64,000 nt of DNA from Lachnospiraceae bacterium (GTDB lineage: Bacteria > Bacillota > Clostridia > Lachnospirales > Lachnospiraceae): positions 8,888-72,887 of the forward strand of contig JAKSRP010000004.1 of assembly GCA_024403555.1 (NCBI GenBank). Reading direction: 5' to 3'. The notes under the pieces are model-generated. The model saw nothing but the letters and a program-made list of their open reading frames with translations. It ran no database searches and was not told the DNA's origin. Every line of letters starts with the position of its first letter. Position 1 is the first letter of the stretch. The translations under genes were made by a program, and so were the position numbers. This document shows positions 50,166-61,073 of the stretch, piece by piece.

Positions 50166-51428
50166 CTACTTGCGACTGCGCTTTTCTAACATTCGAAGCT
50201 TCAATGCCTTTTTATAAAAGTCCTTATTTGAGCAGCCCGCTCTTCCGCCACCGGCACAGGCACAAGCACATGCGCAGGCACAGGATGCACACGCACAAGC
50301 ACAAGAGCTATGTGCACAGCCACCACCACGAGTGCCATGAGAACTATGTGTATGAGTTACCGGTACATGAACCGTATGAACACGAATGAACGTATCTGGA
50401 ACTCCACCGTAGGCATAATCGCGATTTCCAGTATATTTCTTCTTTTCTTCCTTCGTAAGCGTTTCTTCTTTTAAAATTTCCTCACTCTTGATCAGGTTCG
50501 TGCCACAATATTCGCACGCATCCTTACCTTCTGCACGAGGTGCCCCACAGTTTGGACAATTTGTATGGTAAGTAATCTTCGTTCTCGTAACCTTCGTCTC
50601 CGTGCGATCCCCAAAACCAGCACCACGGTCATATTGGTTATTGCTCTGCATAGCCCTGGCTATGATCGAAACCGCTATAAAAATAATCCAGACAGCTCCT
50701 CCCAAAACGAGAGATCCAGCATCGTCATCATCATCCCAGAACTCTTCATCCCAGGATTCATCCCATTCATCGTCCCATTCCGATTCCTCATATCGGTCAC
50801 TGACCTCCGAATCAAAGGCAAATGCTTCGTTCGGGTATGTCAGGGTTACAGTAAATTTTTCACCTTCATCAAGACTTGTTTCCCATGTGTTATAACCATT
50901 ATCTACCAGACAAGCTGGAGACCAGTCCTTTACCTGATCCGCTTTCCAGCGAATGACCATAGAATCAACTACAATCTCGCTAAACCAGCCAGGAGTAAAT
51001 GTATAAACCGTAAAGCCCTCCTCATTGAGGTTCATTTGATACATATTATTCTGCACAATCGAAAAATCAAATTTTACGATGTCACCTTCTTCGTATTCCT
51101 GATCAAAATCGATTCTCATGTAAGAGCCACCATCATCATAATATTCGATATCAGAAATATTATCAGAAAGTGCCTCATAATCTTCCACATTAGAGTTTGG
51201 AATCCCGATTTTCACCCATTCAAGCGGTCCTTCCGATTCGGAATCCAAAACCTCCCACTCGATATGATATTTTAAATTCACAGTGGCGTCATCATTTACA
51301 TCCGCCGTAATCTCGTATTTTCTAATCTCATCTAGGTTTTCCGCTTGCACCGCCTGGCAAATAATTCCGACAAAGAATAGTGCCATAATGAGGGTGAGCA
51401 GATAACGAAGGCTAATACTATTTTTCAT
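50166..51428 (-). CDS. Membrane-anchored protein with cytoplasmic zinc ribbon and (Cys-Ala)n C-terminal motif
   Basis: Signal peptide, acidic beta-rich ectodomain (DUF2207-like), TM helix, CPNC...CEYC, tail CAHSSCACACASCACACACAGGGRAGC. Confidence 0.8.
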   Translation of the reverse strand: MKNSISLRYLLTLIMALFFVGIICQAVQAENLDEIRKYEITADVNDDATVNLKYHIEWEVLDSESEGPLEWVKIGIPNSNVEDYEALSDNISDIEYYDDGGSYMRIDFDQEYEEGDIVKFDFSIVQNNMYQMNLNEEGFTVYTFTPGWFSEIVVDSMVIRWKADQVKDWSPACLVDNGYNTWETSLDEGEKFTVTLTYPNEAFAFDSEVSDRYEESEWDDEWDESWDEEFWDDDDDAGSLVLGGAVWIIFIAVSIIARAMQSNNQYDRGAGFGDRTETKVTRTKITYHTNCPNCGAPRAEGKDACEYCGTNLIKSEEILKEETLTKEEKKKYTGNRDYAYGGVPDTFIRVHTVHVPVTHTHSSHGTRGGGCAHSSCACACASCACACACACAGGGRAGCSNKDFYKKALKLRMLEKRSRK

Positions 51429-52794
51429 CACTACCCCTCCTTAATGGACAAAGTCCTTCCATTTTGGCGGAATACTCTCTACGCGTTACGCAGGTAGGAT
51501 GATTCCAGATATTTTCCCAAGAATCTGTTAAAATATTTCCAAGTACATCACCGGAAAGCCAGCTCTGACAAGGAACCACATTTCCGGATGGAGTCACTGC
51601 CATATTGCTTAAGCAGGCACCGCAGGTTGGGGACATAATATCAAGTTCCTCGCAGAACGAATTTTCCACCCAGCCAGGAGAAGTAAAACTGATTTCCATA
51701 CCATTTGCATAGGCATAATCCACAGCTTGGCGAAGCACTTCTTTGATTTCATCTGTGGTCAGCTGTAATGCCTCAGATGCTTCAAGCGTAGCATTTCCTG
51801 TCGTGATCAGGCCGGAACAAGTCACGTATGTCACGCCCTTGCTATGTAAAAATTCCAGTGTTTTCTTATAATTCTTATTTAATGTGCAAAGCGGCGTATT
51901 GATGCTCACGCTAAGCCCTGCTTCTAAAGCATTTTCAATGCCGGCAACCGTTGCATCATACTGATTTGCACCGACTAATTTGTTGTGAATGTCCGCTTCA
52001 TCGGAATAAAATGTAATCTGAATGCTGTCAAGTGACGCATCCCAAAGCTGTTTGCAAAGCTCTTTTGAAAGCTTGATTCCATTGGTGTTCATACGTGTTA
52101 CAAACCACTGTGCTGCATCCACAAGCTCAATTAGATCTTCGCGCATGGTAGGTTCGCCACCGGTAAATGTCACCTGAGGGATGCCCGCTTCGCGAAGCTT
52201 CTTTAACACGTCTTTCCACTGAGCAGTAGAAAGTTCTTGTTCTTCTGCATGCACCTGCCCTGCTGCATAGCAATGAACACATTTCTGATTACAGTGCCAT
52301 CTGCCTTCTTTCGTCATCGCGCTGACCATGATATCCATACGATGCGGCGCACGCATATAAGGCGCATAATCTCCGATACTTAAGTAGCCGATTTCTGCAT
52401 CCACCGGCTGGTTGTAAGCAATTTTCGTAAATGTATCCATAATGCGGTAGACATCTGCGCGAAGTCGCTTGGAGCTGACAAATGGATACACCTTGTGTAC
52501 CTGTTTGCAGGTATTTTTCATGATGTTTTCTACATCTTCTTCTAAGATTTCACGATCGTGATATTTATTCACTTCTTTGATAAATTCAGATAAAAGGATA
52601 CTCCAGGAAAGACTCACCGGGATGATATCCTGTCCATTGATGATTGCCACACTTGACGCAATATCCTCACGAGTAAAACTTGGTGGAATCAGGAAAATTC
52701 GAACCACACCAGGCCCTTCCGGATTTAGCGTCGTATGAAGCACACCATCAAAATTTGCCAATGCATATTTATATTCTTTTCTCGATGGTTTCAT
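51418..52794 (-). CDS. Radical SAM protein with SPASM/twitch-type C-terminus
   Basis: CNQKCVHC, FTGGEPT, NTNG; CGAC...VTPSGNVVPC...LGNI...W; ~150-aa N-terminal extension. Confidence 0.9.
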   Translation of the reverse strand: MKPSRKEYKYALANFDGVLHTTLNPEGPGVVRIFLIPPSFTREDIASSVAIINGQDIIPVSLSWSILLSEFIKEVNKYHDREILEEDVENIMKNTCKQVHKVYPFVSSKRLRADVYRIMDTFTKIAYNQPVDAEIGYLSIGDYAPYMRAPHRMDIMVSAMTKEGRWHCNQKCVHCYAAGQVHAEEQELSTAQWKDVLKKLREAGIPQVTFTGGEPTMREDLIELVDAAQWFVTRMNTNGIKLSKELCKQLWDASLDSIQITFYSDEADIHNKLVGANQYDATVAGIENALEAGLSVSINTPLCTLNKNYKKTLEFLHSKGVTYVTCSGLITTGNATLEASEALQLTTDEIKEVLRQAVDYAYANGMEISFTSPGWVENSFCEELDIMSPTCGACLSNMAVTPSGNVVPCQSWLSGDVLGNILTDSWENIWNHPTCVTRREYSAKMEGLCPLRRGSDEK

Positions 52795-52851
52795 AATGAT
52801 CACTCCTTTAAAATATTATAACACAGAATCCTACGCTTCGCACTTATTCGC

Positions 52852-52916
52852 CCCCGTAGCTCTTCCCCGTAGCTTTTCACTCTAGCTCTCCTCTCTAGCT
52901 CTCCTCTCTACCTCTT
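52852..52916. repeat. 5 x 13-bp tandem repeat (CYCYSTAGCTCTY-like)
   Basis: Units start at 52852, 52865, 52878, 52891, 52904. Confidence 0.8.
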
Positions 52917-53266
52917 ATAATCTTATAATAATTAGAAAGAGGGTATATTGGACCAGCTTTTCCCTCTTTCTTTGTCTTCCGCCTTGAAAAGAGTATATAT
53001 TTTTACTTATCATACCGCTTTTCACAAATCAACTTGCTTAATGAGGTACTCTCTCACAGAAAATAGACTTCCGTGCAGGCGAAATTGCCCCAAAAAGCAA
53101 GTTGACAACAAAAATCGACAAGTTTTCTATACTCTTTTAGGATTCCAAAAGCGAAAAGAGGAACATGAGTCGGAGTTATATACTCTTTTGAATCATAAAA
53201 ATTTATATGAGGAAAAAACTCACTTTTTTCACCTCTTTTAGTTTTAGAGAAAAGAAAAGAGGTGAA
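52910..53266. repeat. Phased half-site array C (orphan, homologous to B)
   Basis: Cores at 52939, 52964, 52991, 53016, 53043 and 53132, 53158, 53183, 53209, 53233, 53259. Confidence 0.75.
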
Positions 53267-53303
53267 TTCCCCACTATAAATCCCCACCTAACTAAAACGC
53301 AAA

Positions 53304-53339
53304 AAACCTGCTTATGCCGGGCCCGGCATAAGCAGGTTT
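53304..53339 (-). terminator. gltD terminator (perfect palindrome)
   Basis: AAACCTGCTTATGCCGGGCCCGGCATAAGCAGGTTT. Confidence 0.85.
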
Positions 53340-53352
53340 ACATTCATAAATA

Positions 53353-54897
53353 TTATAAATTCGTATATCCCATCAAGGATTCATCAATTTCTTTCGCAGC
53401 ACGTCGGCCTTCTGCAATCGCCCAGACTACTAAAGACTGTCCACGATGCATATCCCCTGCAGTAAAGACATTCGCAACGCTAGTTGCATAAGAGTCCGCG
53501 CAAGCGGTACGGTTCGCAGCGCCAGCGCTGCTGGCGAATGTTGCCACATTCGTACGTTCATTTAACGCAACGCCGAAACTGTCTGCCACATATTTTTCAC
53601 TTCCTAAGAAGCCAGCTGCAATCAGAACTAAATCTGCCTTTAATTCTTTTTCGGTGCCTTCCACAGGAATCATATTCATGCGACCTGTCTTCTCATCCTT
53701 TTTCGGAGCAAGCTTTACTGTTTTTACTCCAGTTAACTTGCCATCTTTATTCTTGATAAACTCTGTCACCGTTGTCTGATATACACGAGGATCAGAGCCA
53801 AATTTATAAATTGCTTCTTCCTGACCATAATCTGTTTTTAAGATTCTAGGCCATTCAGGCCAAGGATTTGATTCAAGACGAACACTTGGAGGACAAGGCA
53901 TCATCTCAAGCTGAGTCACATCAGCTGCGCCAAGACGGATACTTGTACCAACACAGTCATTACCAGTATCCCCGCCACCGATTACGATGACACGCTTACC
54001 AGCAAGACTTCCAAAAGAGAAATCCTTGGATTTCATCATGGATACGTGATCATAATTCATATCCATTAACTTCTTGCTCACTTCTTTTAAGAAATCAACT
54101 GCAAAGTAAATGCCAGCTGCATCTCTTCCCGGAGCCTTGATATCACGCGGATTAGAAGCGCCACCACAAAGGACCACACGGTCATATTGAGCCATTAATT
54201 CCTTACCAGTGATATCTTTACCAACATTTACATTGTATACAAACTTCACACCTGCTGCTTCCATTAATTCGATACGACGATCGATAATACGCTTATCAAT
54301 CTTCATATTCGGAATACCATAACGAAGAAGTCCGCCTGCACGGTCATTTCTTTCATAAACCGTAACACTGTGACCACGACGGTTAAGAAGCTGAGCAGTT
54401 GCAAGACCGGAAGGGCCACTACCAATAACTGCAACCTTCTTGCCAGTACGAACCTTTGGTTTTTCCTCTTTTACAAGTTCATGCTCATATGCATATTCGA
54501 TGACTGTACGCTCATTTTCCTTAGTAGAAACCGGTTCAGAGTGAAGACCGCAGGTACAAGCATTTTCACACAAAGCAGGACACACACGGGAAGTAAATTC
54601 CGGAAAGCTGTGTGTGATGCTAAGACGCTTATACGCCTGCTCAAAATTACCATGATAAACCAAATCATTTAACTCAGGAACCAAGTTATGTAACGGACAT
54701 CCGGATGCCATGCCAGCAATCATCGTACCAGCCTGACAGAATGGAACACCACATTCCATACATCTGCCACCCTGAAGCTGCTGTTCATGACTGTCTAATA
54801 AATCGTGAAACTCGTTGAAATTTTTAATGCGCTGTTCAGGAGGTACGACTTTTCCATCTTTTCGTTCAAATTCTAAAAAACCTGTTGCTTTTCCCAT
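53353..54897 (-). CDS. gltD: Glutamate synthase small subunit
   Basis: RCMECGVPFC...GCP, RVCPALCE, IGSGPSGL, IGGGDTGNDC, GDMHRGQSLVVWAI. Confidence 0.96.
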   Translation of the reverse strand: MGKATGFLEFERKDGKVVPPEQRIKNFNEFHDLLDSHEQQLQGGRCMECGVPFCQAGTMIAGMASGCPLHNLVPELNDLVYHGNFEQAYKRLSITHSFPEFTSRVCPALCENACTCGLHSEPVSTKENERTVIEYAYEHELVKEEKPKVRTGKKVAVIGSGPSGLATAQLLNRRGHSVTVYERNDRAGGLLRYGIPNMKIDKRIIDRRIELMEAAGVKFVYNVNVGKDITGKELMAQYDRVVLCGGASNPRDIKAPGRDAAGIYFAVDFLKEVSKKLMDMNYDHVSMMKSKDFSFGSLAGKRVIVIGGGDTGNDCVGTSIRLGAADVTQLEMMPCPPSVRLESNPWPEWPRILKTDYGQEEAIYKFGSDPRVYQTTVTEFIKNKDGKLTGVKTVKLAPKKDEKTGRMNMIPVEGTEKELKADLVLIAAGFLGSEKYVADSFGVALNERTNVATFASSAGAANRTACADSYATSVANVFTAGDMHRGQSLVVWAIAEGRRAAKEIDESLMGYTNL

Positions 54898-54915
54898 AAT
54901 CTATTTCCTCCCTTC

Positions 54916-57900
54916 CTAGTGCTTTGTGCCAGTGCTTTCGTAAAATGCTTCGATGCTGGCCTGTTCACGTGTCATTCCCTGTTCTTCGTATTTGCTTGTT
55001 AAATGCATCAGCTTTTTATAATCTGCAGGGATAATTTTCTTAAATTTAGGAAGATATTCTTCAAAATGATCAAGCACTTTCTGTGCCTTTACGGAGCCAG
55101 TGTATTTTACATGTTTTGTAAGCATTTCACGGAGCTCAATCTGATCAATCTTAGAACCTACTTTTTCCATTAAAACTAATTCTTTATTTAAATTGCGATA
55201 TAACTTACTGTTTTCATCGAGTACATATACGATACCGCCACTCATACCAGCTGCAAAGTTCTTGCCAGTTGGTCCAAGGACAACTGCACGACCACCAGTC
55301 ATGTATTCACATCCATGTTCCCCAACACCTTCAACAACCGCATATGCACCAGAGTTACGTACACAGAAACGTTCCCCAGCCATACCAGCAATATAAGCCT
55401 CCCCAGAAGTAGCACCGTAGAGAGCAACATTTCCTGCTACGATATTTTCTTCTGCTTCATAAGCAGCTTCTTTTGGAGATTTTACGATTAACTTACCACC
55501 GGAAAGACCTTTTCCGAAGTAGTCATTCGTATCACCAGTTAAGGATAAGGTAAGACCCTTTGGAATGAATGCACCAAAGCTCTGTCCGCCGGCACCCTTA
55601 CATTCAACGGTTAAGGTATCTTCTGGAAGTCCTTCTTTATGTTTTCTCGTAATTTCTGCACCAAGTAACGTACCAAATGCACGGTCTGTATTTGTGATTG
55701 TTACATCAACCGTCTTTTTGCGTCCCTTGCTGATGGCAGCGACAACATCTTTATTCTTTAAGAGAATTGCTTCATCGACTGTCTTTTCAAGTTCAAAGTT
55801 ATAGATGTCTGCCGGGTTAAATGTTGCGCCGTCTGTTGGAACTTCTCCTAAGATGCCGGATAAGTCAATTTTTGCTGCAACACCGGTAAGATTTTCTTTT
55901 TTCTTTAATAAATCGGTACGGCCAACTAATTCGTCTAATGTACGTACCCCTAATTTTGCCATATATTCACGCAGTTCTTCTGCGATAAATAACATGAAGT
56001 TTTCCACATATTCCGGTTTACCGATAAAACGTTTACGAAGTTCCGGATTCTGTGTAGCGATACCCATTGGACAGGTATCTAAGTTACAAACTCGCATCAT
56101 AACACAGCCAAGTACTACAAGCGGAGCAGTAGCAAAGCCAAATTCTTCTGCACCAAGCATTGCCGCGATTGCCACGTCACGGCCACTCATTAATTTACCA
56201 TCCGTTTCGATCATAACCTTAGAACGAAGACCATTCTGGATTAATGTCTGATGCGCTTCTGCAAGACCAAGTTCCCAAGGAAGACCTGCATTATGAATAG
56301 AGGATAATGGAGCCGCTCCGGTACCACCATCGTAACCGGAAATTAAGACTACCTGTGCACCCGCTTTTGCTACACCGGCTGCGACTGTACCAACGCCCGC
56401 TTCTGAAACAAGTTTTACAGAGATACGGGCATTTTTGTTGGCATTCTTTAAGTCATAAATCAGCTGAGCCAAATCCTCGATGGAGTAAATATCATGATGA
56501 GGTGGTGGTGAGATTAAGCTTACACCAGGTGTGGAATGTCTTGTTTTTGCGATCCATGGGTATACTTTCTTCGCTGGAAGATGTCCACCTTCCCCTGGTT
56601 TTGCGCCCTGTGCCATCTTAATCTGGATTTCTCTTGCGCTGACTAAGTATCTGCTTGTTACACCAAAACGTCCACTCGCAACCTGTTTGATTGCAGAGCT
56701 ACGGTCATTTTTCTTGCCTGCGGATTCAAGACGTTCGTCACTTTCCCCGCCTTCCCCGGAGTTTGATTTTCCGTGAAGTTTATTCATTGCAATGGCAAGT
56801 GCCTGATGTGCTTCTTCAGAGATCGAACCATAAGACATCGCACCTGTTTTAAAGCGTTTTACGATTTCTTGCGCAGATTCTACTTCAGAAAGATCAACAC
56901 CAGTTTCCGGATATACGAAATCCATTAAACTACGAAGATAACCAGTTTCTTCTTTGTCAACCATTGCAGTATATTGTTTAAATTTGTTGTAATCCCCTTC
57001 TCTCGTTGCCATCTGAAGCATATGGATGGTCTGAGGATTGTATCTATGTTTTTCACCCTGAGAACGCATCTTGTGACGTCCCATGGAAGCGATCGTAAGA
57101 TCTGTGTTAAGTCCTAATGGGTCAAATGCTTTTGAATGCTGACGGTCTGTATTTTCAGCAATATCTTCTAAAGTAATACCACCAACACGGCTTACTACAC
57201 CAGTAAAGTATTTATCAATGACATCCTGAGAAATACCGATTGCTTCAAAGATTTTGCTGCCCTGATAAGACTGAATTGTGGAGATACCCATCTTAGAAGC
57301 GATTTTAACGATACCGGATAGAATCGCTCTGTCATAATCCTGAACAGCTGCATAATAATCTTTTTCAAGTAAATCTTCCTTGCATAATTCTTCAATACAG
57401 GAGTGAGCAAGGTATGGGTTTACCGCACTTGCACCAAACCCAAGTAAAGTAGCAAAATGATGGACTTCACGAGGTTCCCCGGATTCAAGGATTAAAGACA
57501 TAGCAGTACATTTTTTCGTATCTACTAAATATTTGTGTACGGCAGCAACTGCAAGTAAGGATGGCAGTGCCACACGGTTTTCATCCATACCACGGTCGGA
57601 TAAGATGATGATATTTGCACCATCACGATATGCCTTATCGATATGAACGAATAAGTTGTCTAACACACGCTTGATCGGTGTGGATTTATAGTAGAGAGTA
57701 GAAACCTCTTCTACCTTGAAACCGTCTTTCTTCATATGTTTGATTTTTAATAAATCGTGATCAGAAATAATCGGATTATCGATTTTTACCATATGACAGT
57801 TTTCCGGACTTTCTTCGAGCAGGTTACCGTTTTTACCGATGTATACAGTAGTAGATGTAACGATTTTTTCACGAACAGCGTCGATTGGAGGGTTGGTAAC

Positions 57901-59451
57901 CTGAGCAAAGAGCTGCTTGAAATAGTAAAATAAAGGCTGATACTCCTTAGAAAGAGCAGCAATTGGAGTATCCACACCCATAGCCCCGATGTGTTCGGAA
58001 CCATTTAACGCCATATTACGGATACCTTCACGGTAATCTTCATATGTATAGCCAAATGCCATCTGAAGCTTTGCGCGTTCCTCATCGGAATAAGAAGGAA
58101 TTTTCGCATTTGGAATACGAAGTTCCTTTAAGGAAATTAAGTTAGAATCTAACCATTCCCCGTAAGGTTCCTTTAAGGCGTATTTTTCTTTGATTTCTTC
58201 GTCCTGAAGGATGCATTTGTTAATCGTATCAACTAAAAGCATCTTTCCAGGGTGGAGACGTTCTTTCTTTAAAATATGAGCTTCGTCAAGATCAAGTACC
58301 CCAACTTCGGAGGATAAGATCAATCTGCCATCATCCATAACATAATATCTGGATGGACGAAGACCATTACGATCTAAGATTGCGCCCATAACATCCCCGT
58401 CAGAGAAAAGAATAGACGCAGGACCATCCCAAGGTTCCATCATCGTCGCATAGTATTGATAGAAATCACGACGTTCCTGGGAAATGGTATCATTGTGTGC
58501 CCAAGGTTCTGGAATCATGATGGTAGCAGCAAGTGGAAGTTCCATCCCACTCATTACTAAGAATTCTAATGTATTATCAAGCATGGAAGAGTCAGAACCC
58601 ATGGATGGGATAACAGGAAGAACTCTTGTCATATCTTCATCAGAGAACTTATCTGTAAACATCGTTTCTTCACGGGCAAGCATCTTATCCACATTTCCTT
58701 TGATGGTATTGATTTCTCCATTGTGTACAAGGAAACGGTTTGGATGTGCACGGTTCCAGCTTGGATTTGTATTTGTGGAGAATCGGGAATGAACCATAGC
58801 GATGGCAGATTCATAATCCGAATCCTGTAAATCCGTAAAGAATGTACGAAGCTGATCCACTAAGAACATACCTTTGTATACAATGGTTCGGCAGGATAAG
58901 CAGCATACATATGTATTGTCATTACTCTGTTCAAATACACGGCGAATGATATATAATTTACGGTCAAATTCAAGGTCTGTAACCGCAGAGGATGGACGTT
59001 TGACAAATGCCTGTGCGATATATGGCATGCATTCTCTTGCTTTTGCTCCTAATACTTCAGGAACGACACTTACATCTCTCCAGCCAAGGAATTTTAAGCC
59101 TTCCTTTGCAACGATTACTTCAAACATCTTCTTAGCCTGACGCATCTGAAGTTCATTTTGTGGAAGGAAGAACATACCAACGCCGTATTCGCGTTCGCCG
59201 CCAATGTTAATACCTTCCTGCTGGCATACTTTTGTGAAAAACTTATGGGAAATCTGGGTTAAGATACCAACACCATCCCCTGTTTTTCCTTCTGCATCCT
59301 TACCAGCACGATGCTCTAAATTTTCTACAATGCTTAATGCATCCGCAACGATTTCATGGCTTTTGATACCGTTCATGTTAATGACAGCACCAATCCCACA
59401 GTTATCGTGTTCAAAAGACGGATGATAAAGCTTAGACTGATAATGTTTCAT
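54916..59451 (-). CDS. gltB: Glutamate synthase large subunit
   Basis: EHDNCGIG amidotransferase start, MEPWDGPA, KQVASGRFGV, QGAKPGEGG, CVMMRVCNLDTCP. Confidence 0.97.
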   Translation of the reverse strand: MKHYQSKLYHPSFEHDNCGIGAVINMNGIKSHEIVADALSIVENLEHRAGKDAEGKTGDGVGILTQISHKFFTKVCQQEGINIGGEREYGVGMFFLPQNELQMRQAKKMFEVIVAKEGLKFLGWRDVSVVPEVLGAKARECMPYIAQAFVKRPSSAVTDLEFDRKLYIIRRVFEQSNDNTYVCCLSCRTIVYKGMFLVDQLRTFFTDLQDSDYESAIAMVHSRFSTNTNPSWNRAHPNRFLVHNGEINTIKGNVDKMLAREETMFTDKFSDEDMTRVLPVIPSMGSDSSMLDNTLEFLVMSGMELPLAATIMIPEPWAHNDTISQERRDFYQYYATMMEPWDGPASILFSDGDVMGAILDRNGLRPSRYYVMDDGRLILSSEVGVLDLDEAHILKKERLHPGKMLLVDTINKCILQDEEIKEKYALKEPYGEWLDSNLISLKELRIPNAKIPSYSDEERAKLQMAFGYTYEDYREGIRNMALNGSEHIGAMGVDTPIAALSKEYQPLFYYFKQLFAQVTNPPIDAVREKIVTSTTVYIGKNGNLLEESPENCHMVKIDNPIISDHDLLKIKHMKKDGFKVEEVSTLYYKSTPIKRVLDNLFVHIDKAYRDGANIIILSDRGMDENRVALPSLLAVAAVHKYLVDTKKCTAMSLILESGEPREVHHFATLLGFGASAVNPYLAHSCIEELCKEDLLEKDYYAAVQDYDRAILSGIVKIASKMGISTIQSYQGSKIFEAIGISQDVIDKYFTGVVSRVGGITLEDIAENTDRQHSKAFDPLGLNTDLTIASMGRHKMRSQGEKHRYNPQTIHMLQMATREGDYNKFKQYTAMVDKEETGYLRSLMDFVYPETGVDLSEVESAQEIVKRFKTGAMSYGSISEEAHQALAIAMNKLHGKSNSGEGGESDERLESAGKKNDRSSAIKQVASGRFGVTSRYLVSAREIQIKMAQGAKPGEGGHLPAKKVYPWIAKTRHSTPGVSLISPPPHHDIYSIEDLAQLIYDLKNANKNARISVKLVSEAGVGTVAAGVAKAGAQVVLISGYDGGTGAAPLSSIHNAGLPWELGLAEAHQTLIQNGLRSKVMIETDGKLMSGRDVAIAAMLGAEEFGFATAPLVVLGCVMMRVCNLDTCPMGIATQNPELRKRFIGKPEYVENFMLFIAEELREYMAKLGVRTLDELVGRTDLLKKKENLTGVAAKIDLSGILGEVPTDGATFNPADIYNFELEKTVDEAILLKNKDVVAAISKGRKKTVDVTITNTDRAFGTLLGAEITRKHKEGLPEDTLTVECKGAGGQSFGAFIPKGLTLSLTGDTNDYFGKGLSGGKLIVKSPKEAAYEAEENIVAGNVALYGATSGEAYIAGMAGERFCVRNSGAYAVVEGVGEHGCEYMTGGRAVVLGPTGKNFAAGMSGGIVYVLDENSKLYRNLNKELVLMEKVGSKIDQIELREMLTKHVKYTGSVKAQKVLDHFEEYLPKFKKIIPADYKKLMHLTSKYEEQGMTREQASIEAFYESTGTKH

Positions 59452-59453
59452 AG

Positions 59454-61061
59454 TTATTTCCTCCCTTTGCAGTCAAGTGCTGCTTCTACAAGACCAGCAA
59501 ATAATGGATGTGGAACGTCCGGTCTTGATTTAAATTCTGGGTGTGCCTGAGTGGCAATAAAGTATGGATGATCTGTAATTTCAACCATTTCCACAATACG
59601 ACCGTCTGGTGAGATACCAGATAATGTAAGCCCTCCGGCCATTAATTCTTCTCTGTAGTCATTGTTTACTTCATAGCGATGTCTGTGACGCTCAGAGATG
59701 AGCTCACGACCATAAACGGCAAATGCTTTTGTGCCGGCTCCTAACTTACAAGGATATGCACCGAGTCGTAAGGTTCCACCTAAGTTTTCAACATTTTCCT
59801 GATCTGGAAGTAAGTTGATCATTGGATGAGCGGTATCCGGATCAAACTCAATACTTGCTGCATCTTTGTATCCAAGTACATTTCTTGCAAATTCTACGAT
59901 AGAAAGCTGCATACCAAGGCATAAGCCAAGGAATGGAATATTATTTTCTCTCGCATACTGGATTGCTAAGATTTTCCCTTCGATTCCACGGGAACCGAAA
60001 CCACCTGGAACTAAGATGCCATCAAGATCGCCTAAAAATGCTTCTTTGGTGTCTTCATTTAACTCCTCAGAGTCAAGCCAGCGGATATTTACCTTTGTCT
60101 TATGGGCGATACCGCCATGCTGGAGTGCCTCAACCACACTAAGATACGCATCGTGGAGAGACACATATTTGCCAACTAAGCCGATCGTTACTTCTTCTTT
60201 TGGATGGTGGAAGTCTTCCACGATCTTCTTCCACTCAGAAAGATCCGGCTCTGGACAAGGAATTCTTAAACATTCGCAAACTGCGTCCGCTAATTTTTCC
60301 TCTTCCATCATCAGTGGCACTTCATAAAGGGACTGTGCATCTAAATTCTGAAGGACATGATCCTTCTTTACATTACAAAACAGAGCGATTTTTTCACGCA
60401 TCCCATCGTCAATTGGATAATCGGAACGGCATACTAAGATGTCCGGCCAGATACCCATGCTCTGTAAATTCTTTACGCTCATTTGAGTCGGTTTTGTCTT
60501 CATTTCTCCAGACGCTTTCAGGTATGGGATTAAAGTAACCTGAATCATGATGGCATTTTCTCTGCCCTTTTCGATCTGGAACTGACGAATTGCTTCTAAG
60601 AAAGGCTGACTTTCGATATCCCCAACGGTTCCACCAATTTCGATGATGGAAATGGTTTCTTCATCTTCCGTTTTTGCTTTATAGAAGCGGTCTTTGATTT
60701 CATTTGTGATATGAGGAATTACCTGAACGGTTCCTCCGCCATAATCACCATGTCGTTCTTTATTTAATACGGTCCAGTAGATCTTACCGGTCGTAACATT
60801 GGAATTAAAATCTAAGTTTTCGTTGATAAAACGTTCATAATGACCAAGGTCTAAGTCTGTTTCCACGCCATCTTCGGTAACATAAACCTCTCCATGCTGA
60901 ATTGGGTTCATGGTTCCTGGATCCATGTTGATATAAGGATCAAATTTCTGCATGGTCACATGATATCCTCTGGCCTTTAAAAGTCTTCCAAGGGAAGCTG
61001 CTGTAATTCCTTTTCCAAGTCCGGAGACAACCCCTCCGGTTACAAATACATATTTAACCAT
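59454..61061 (-). CDS. pyrG: CTP synthase
   Basis: [41 protein letters not shown]. Confidence 0.97.
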   Translation of the reverse strand: MVKYVFVTGGVVSGLGKGITAASLGRLLKARGYHVTMQKFDPYINMDPGTMNPIQHGEVYVTEDGVETDLDLGHYERFINENLDFNSNVTTGKIYWTVLNKERHGDYGGGTVQVIPHITNEIKDRFYKAKTEDEETISIIEIGGTVGDIESQPFLEAIRQFQIEKGRENAIMIQVTLIPYLKASGEMKTKPTQMSVKNLQSMGIWPDILVCRSDYPIDDGMREKIALFCNVKKDHVLQNLDAQSLYEVPLMMEEEKLADAVCECLRIPCPEPDLSEWKKIVEDFHHPKEEVTIGLVGKYVSLHDAYLSVVEALQHGGIAHKTKVNIRWLDSEELNEDTKEAFLGDLDGILVPGGFGSRGIEGKILAIQYARENNIPFLGLCLGMQLSIVEFARNVLGYKDAASIEFDPDTAHPMINLLPDQENVENLGGTLRLGAYPCKLGAGTKAFAVYGRELISERHRHRYEVNNDYREELMAGGLTLSGISPDGRIVEMVEITDHPYFIATQAHPEFKSRPDVPHPLFAGLVEAALDCKGRK

Positions 61062-61073
61062 CTTTTCTCTCCT

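Noticed and set aside
50232-50318. (GCACA)n DNA microsatellite
   Set aside because: Synonymous positions vary, so the repeat is at the protein level.
53102-53133. TTGACA...TATACT promoter in the centre of array C
   Set aside because: The 20-bp spacer is too long for a canonical sigma-A promoter.
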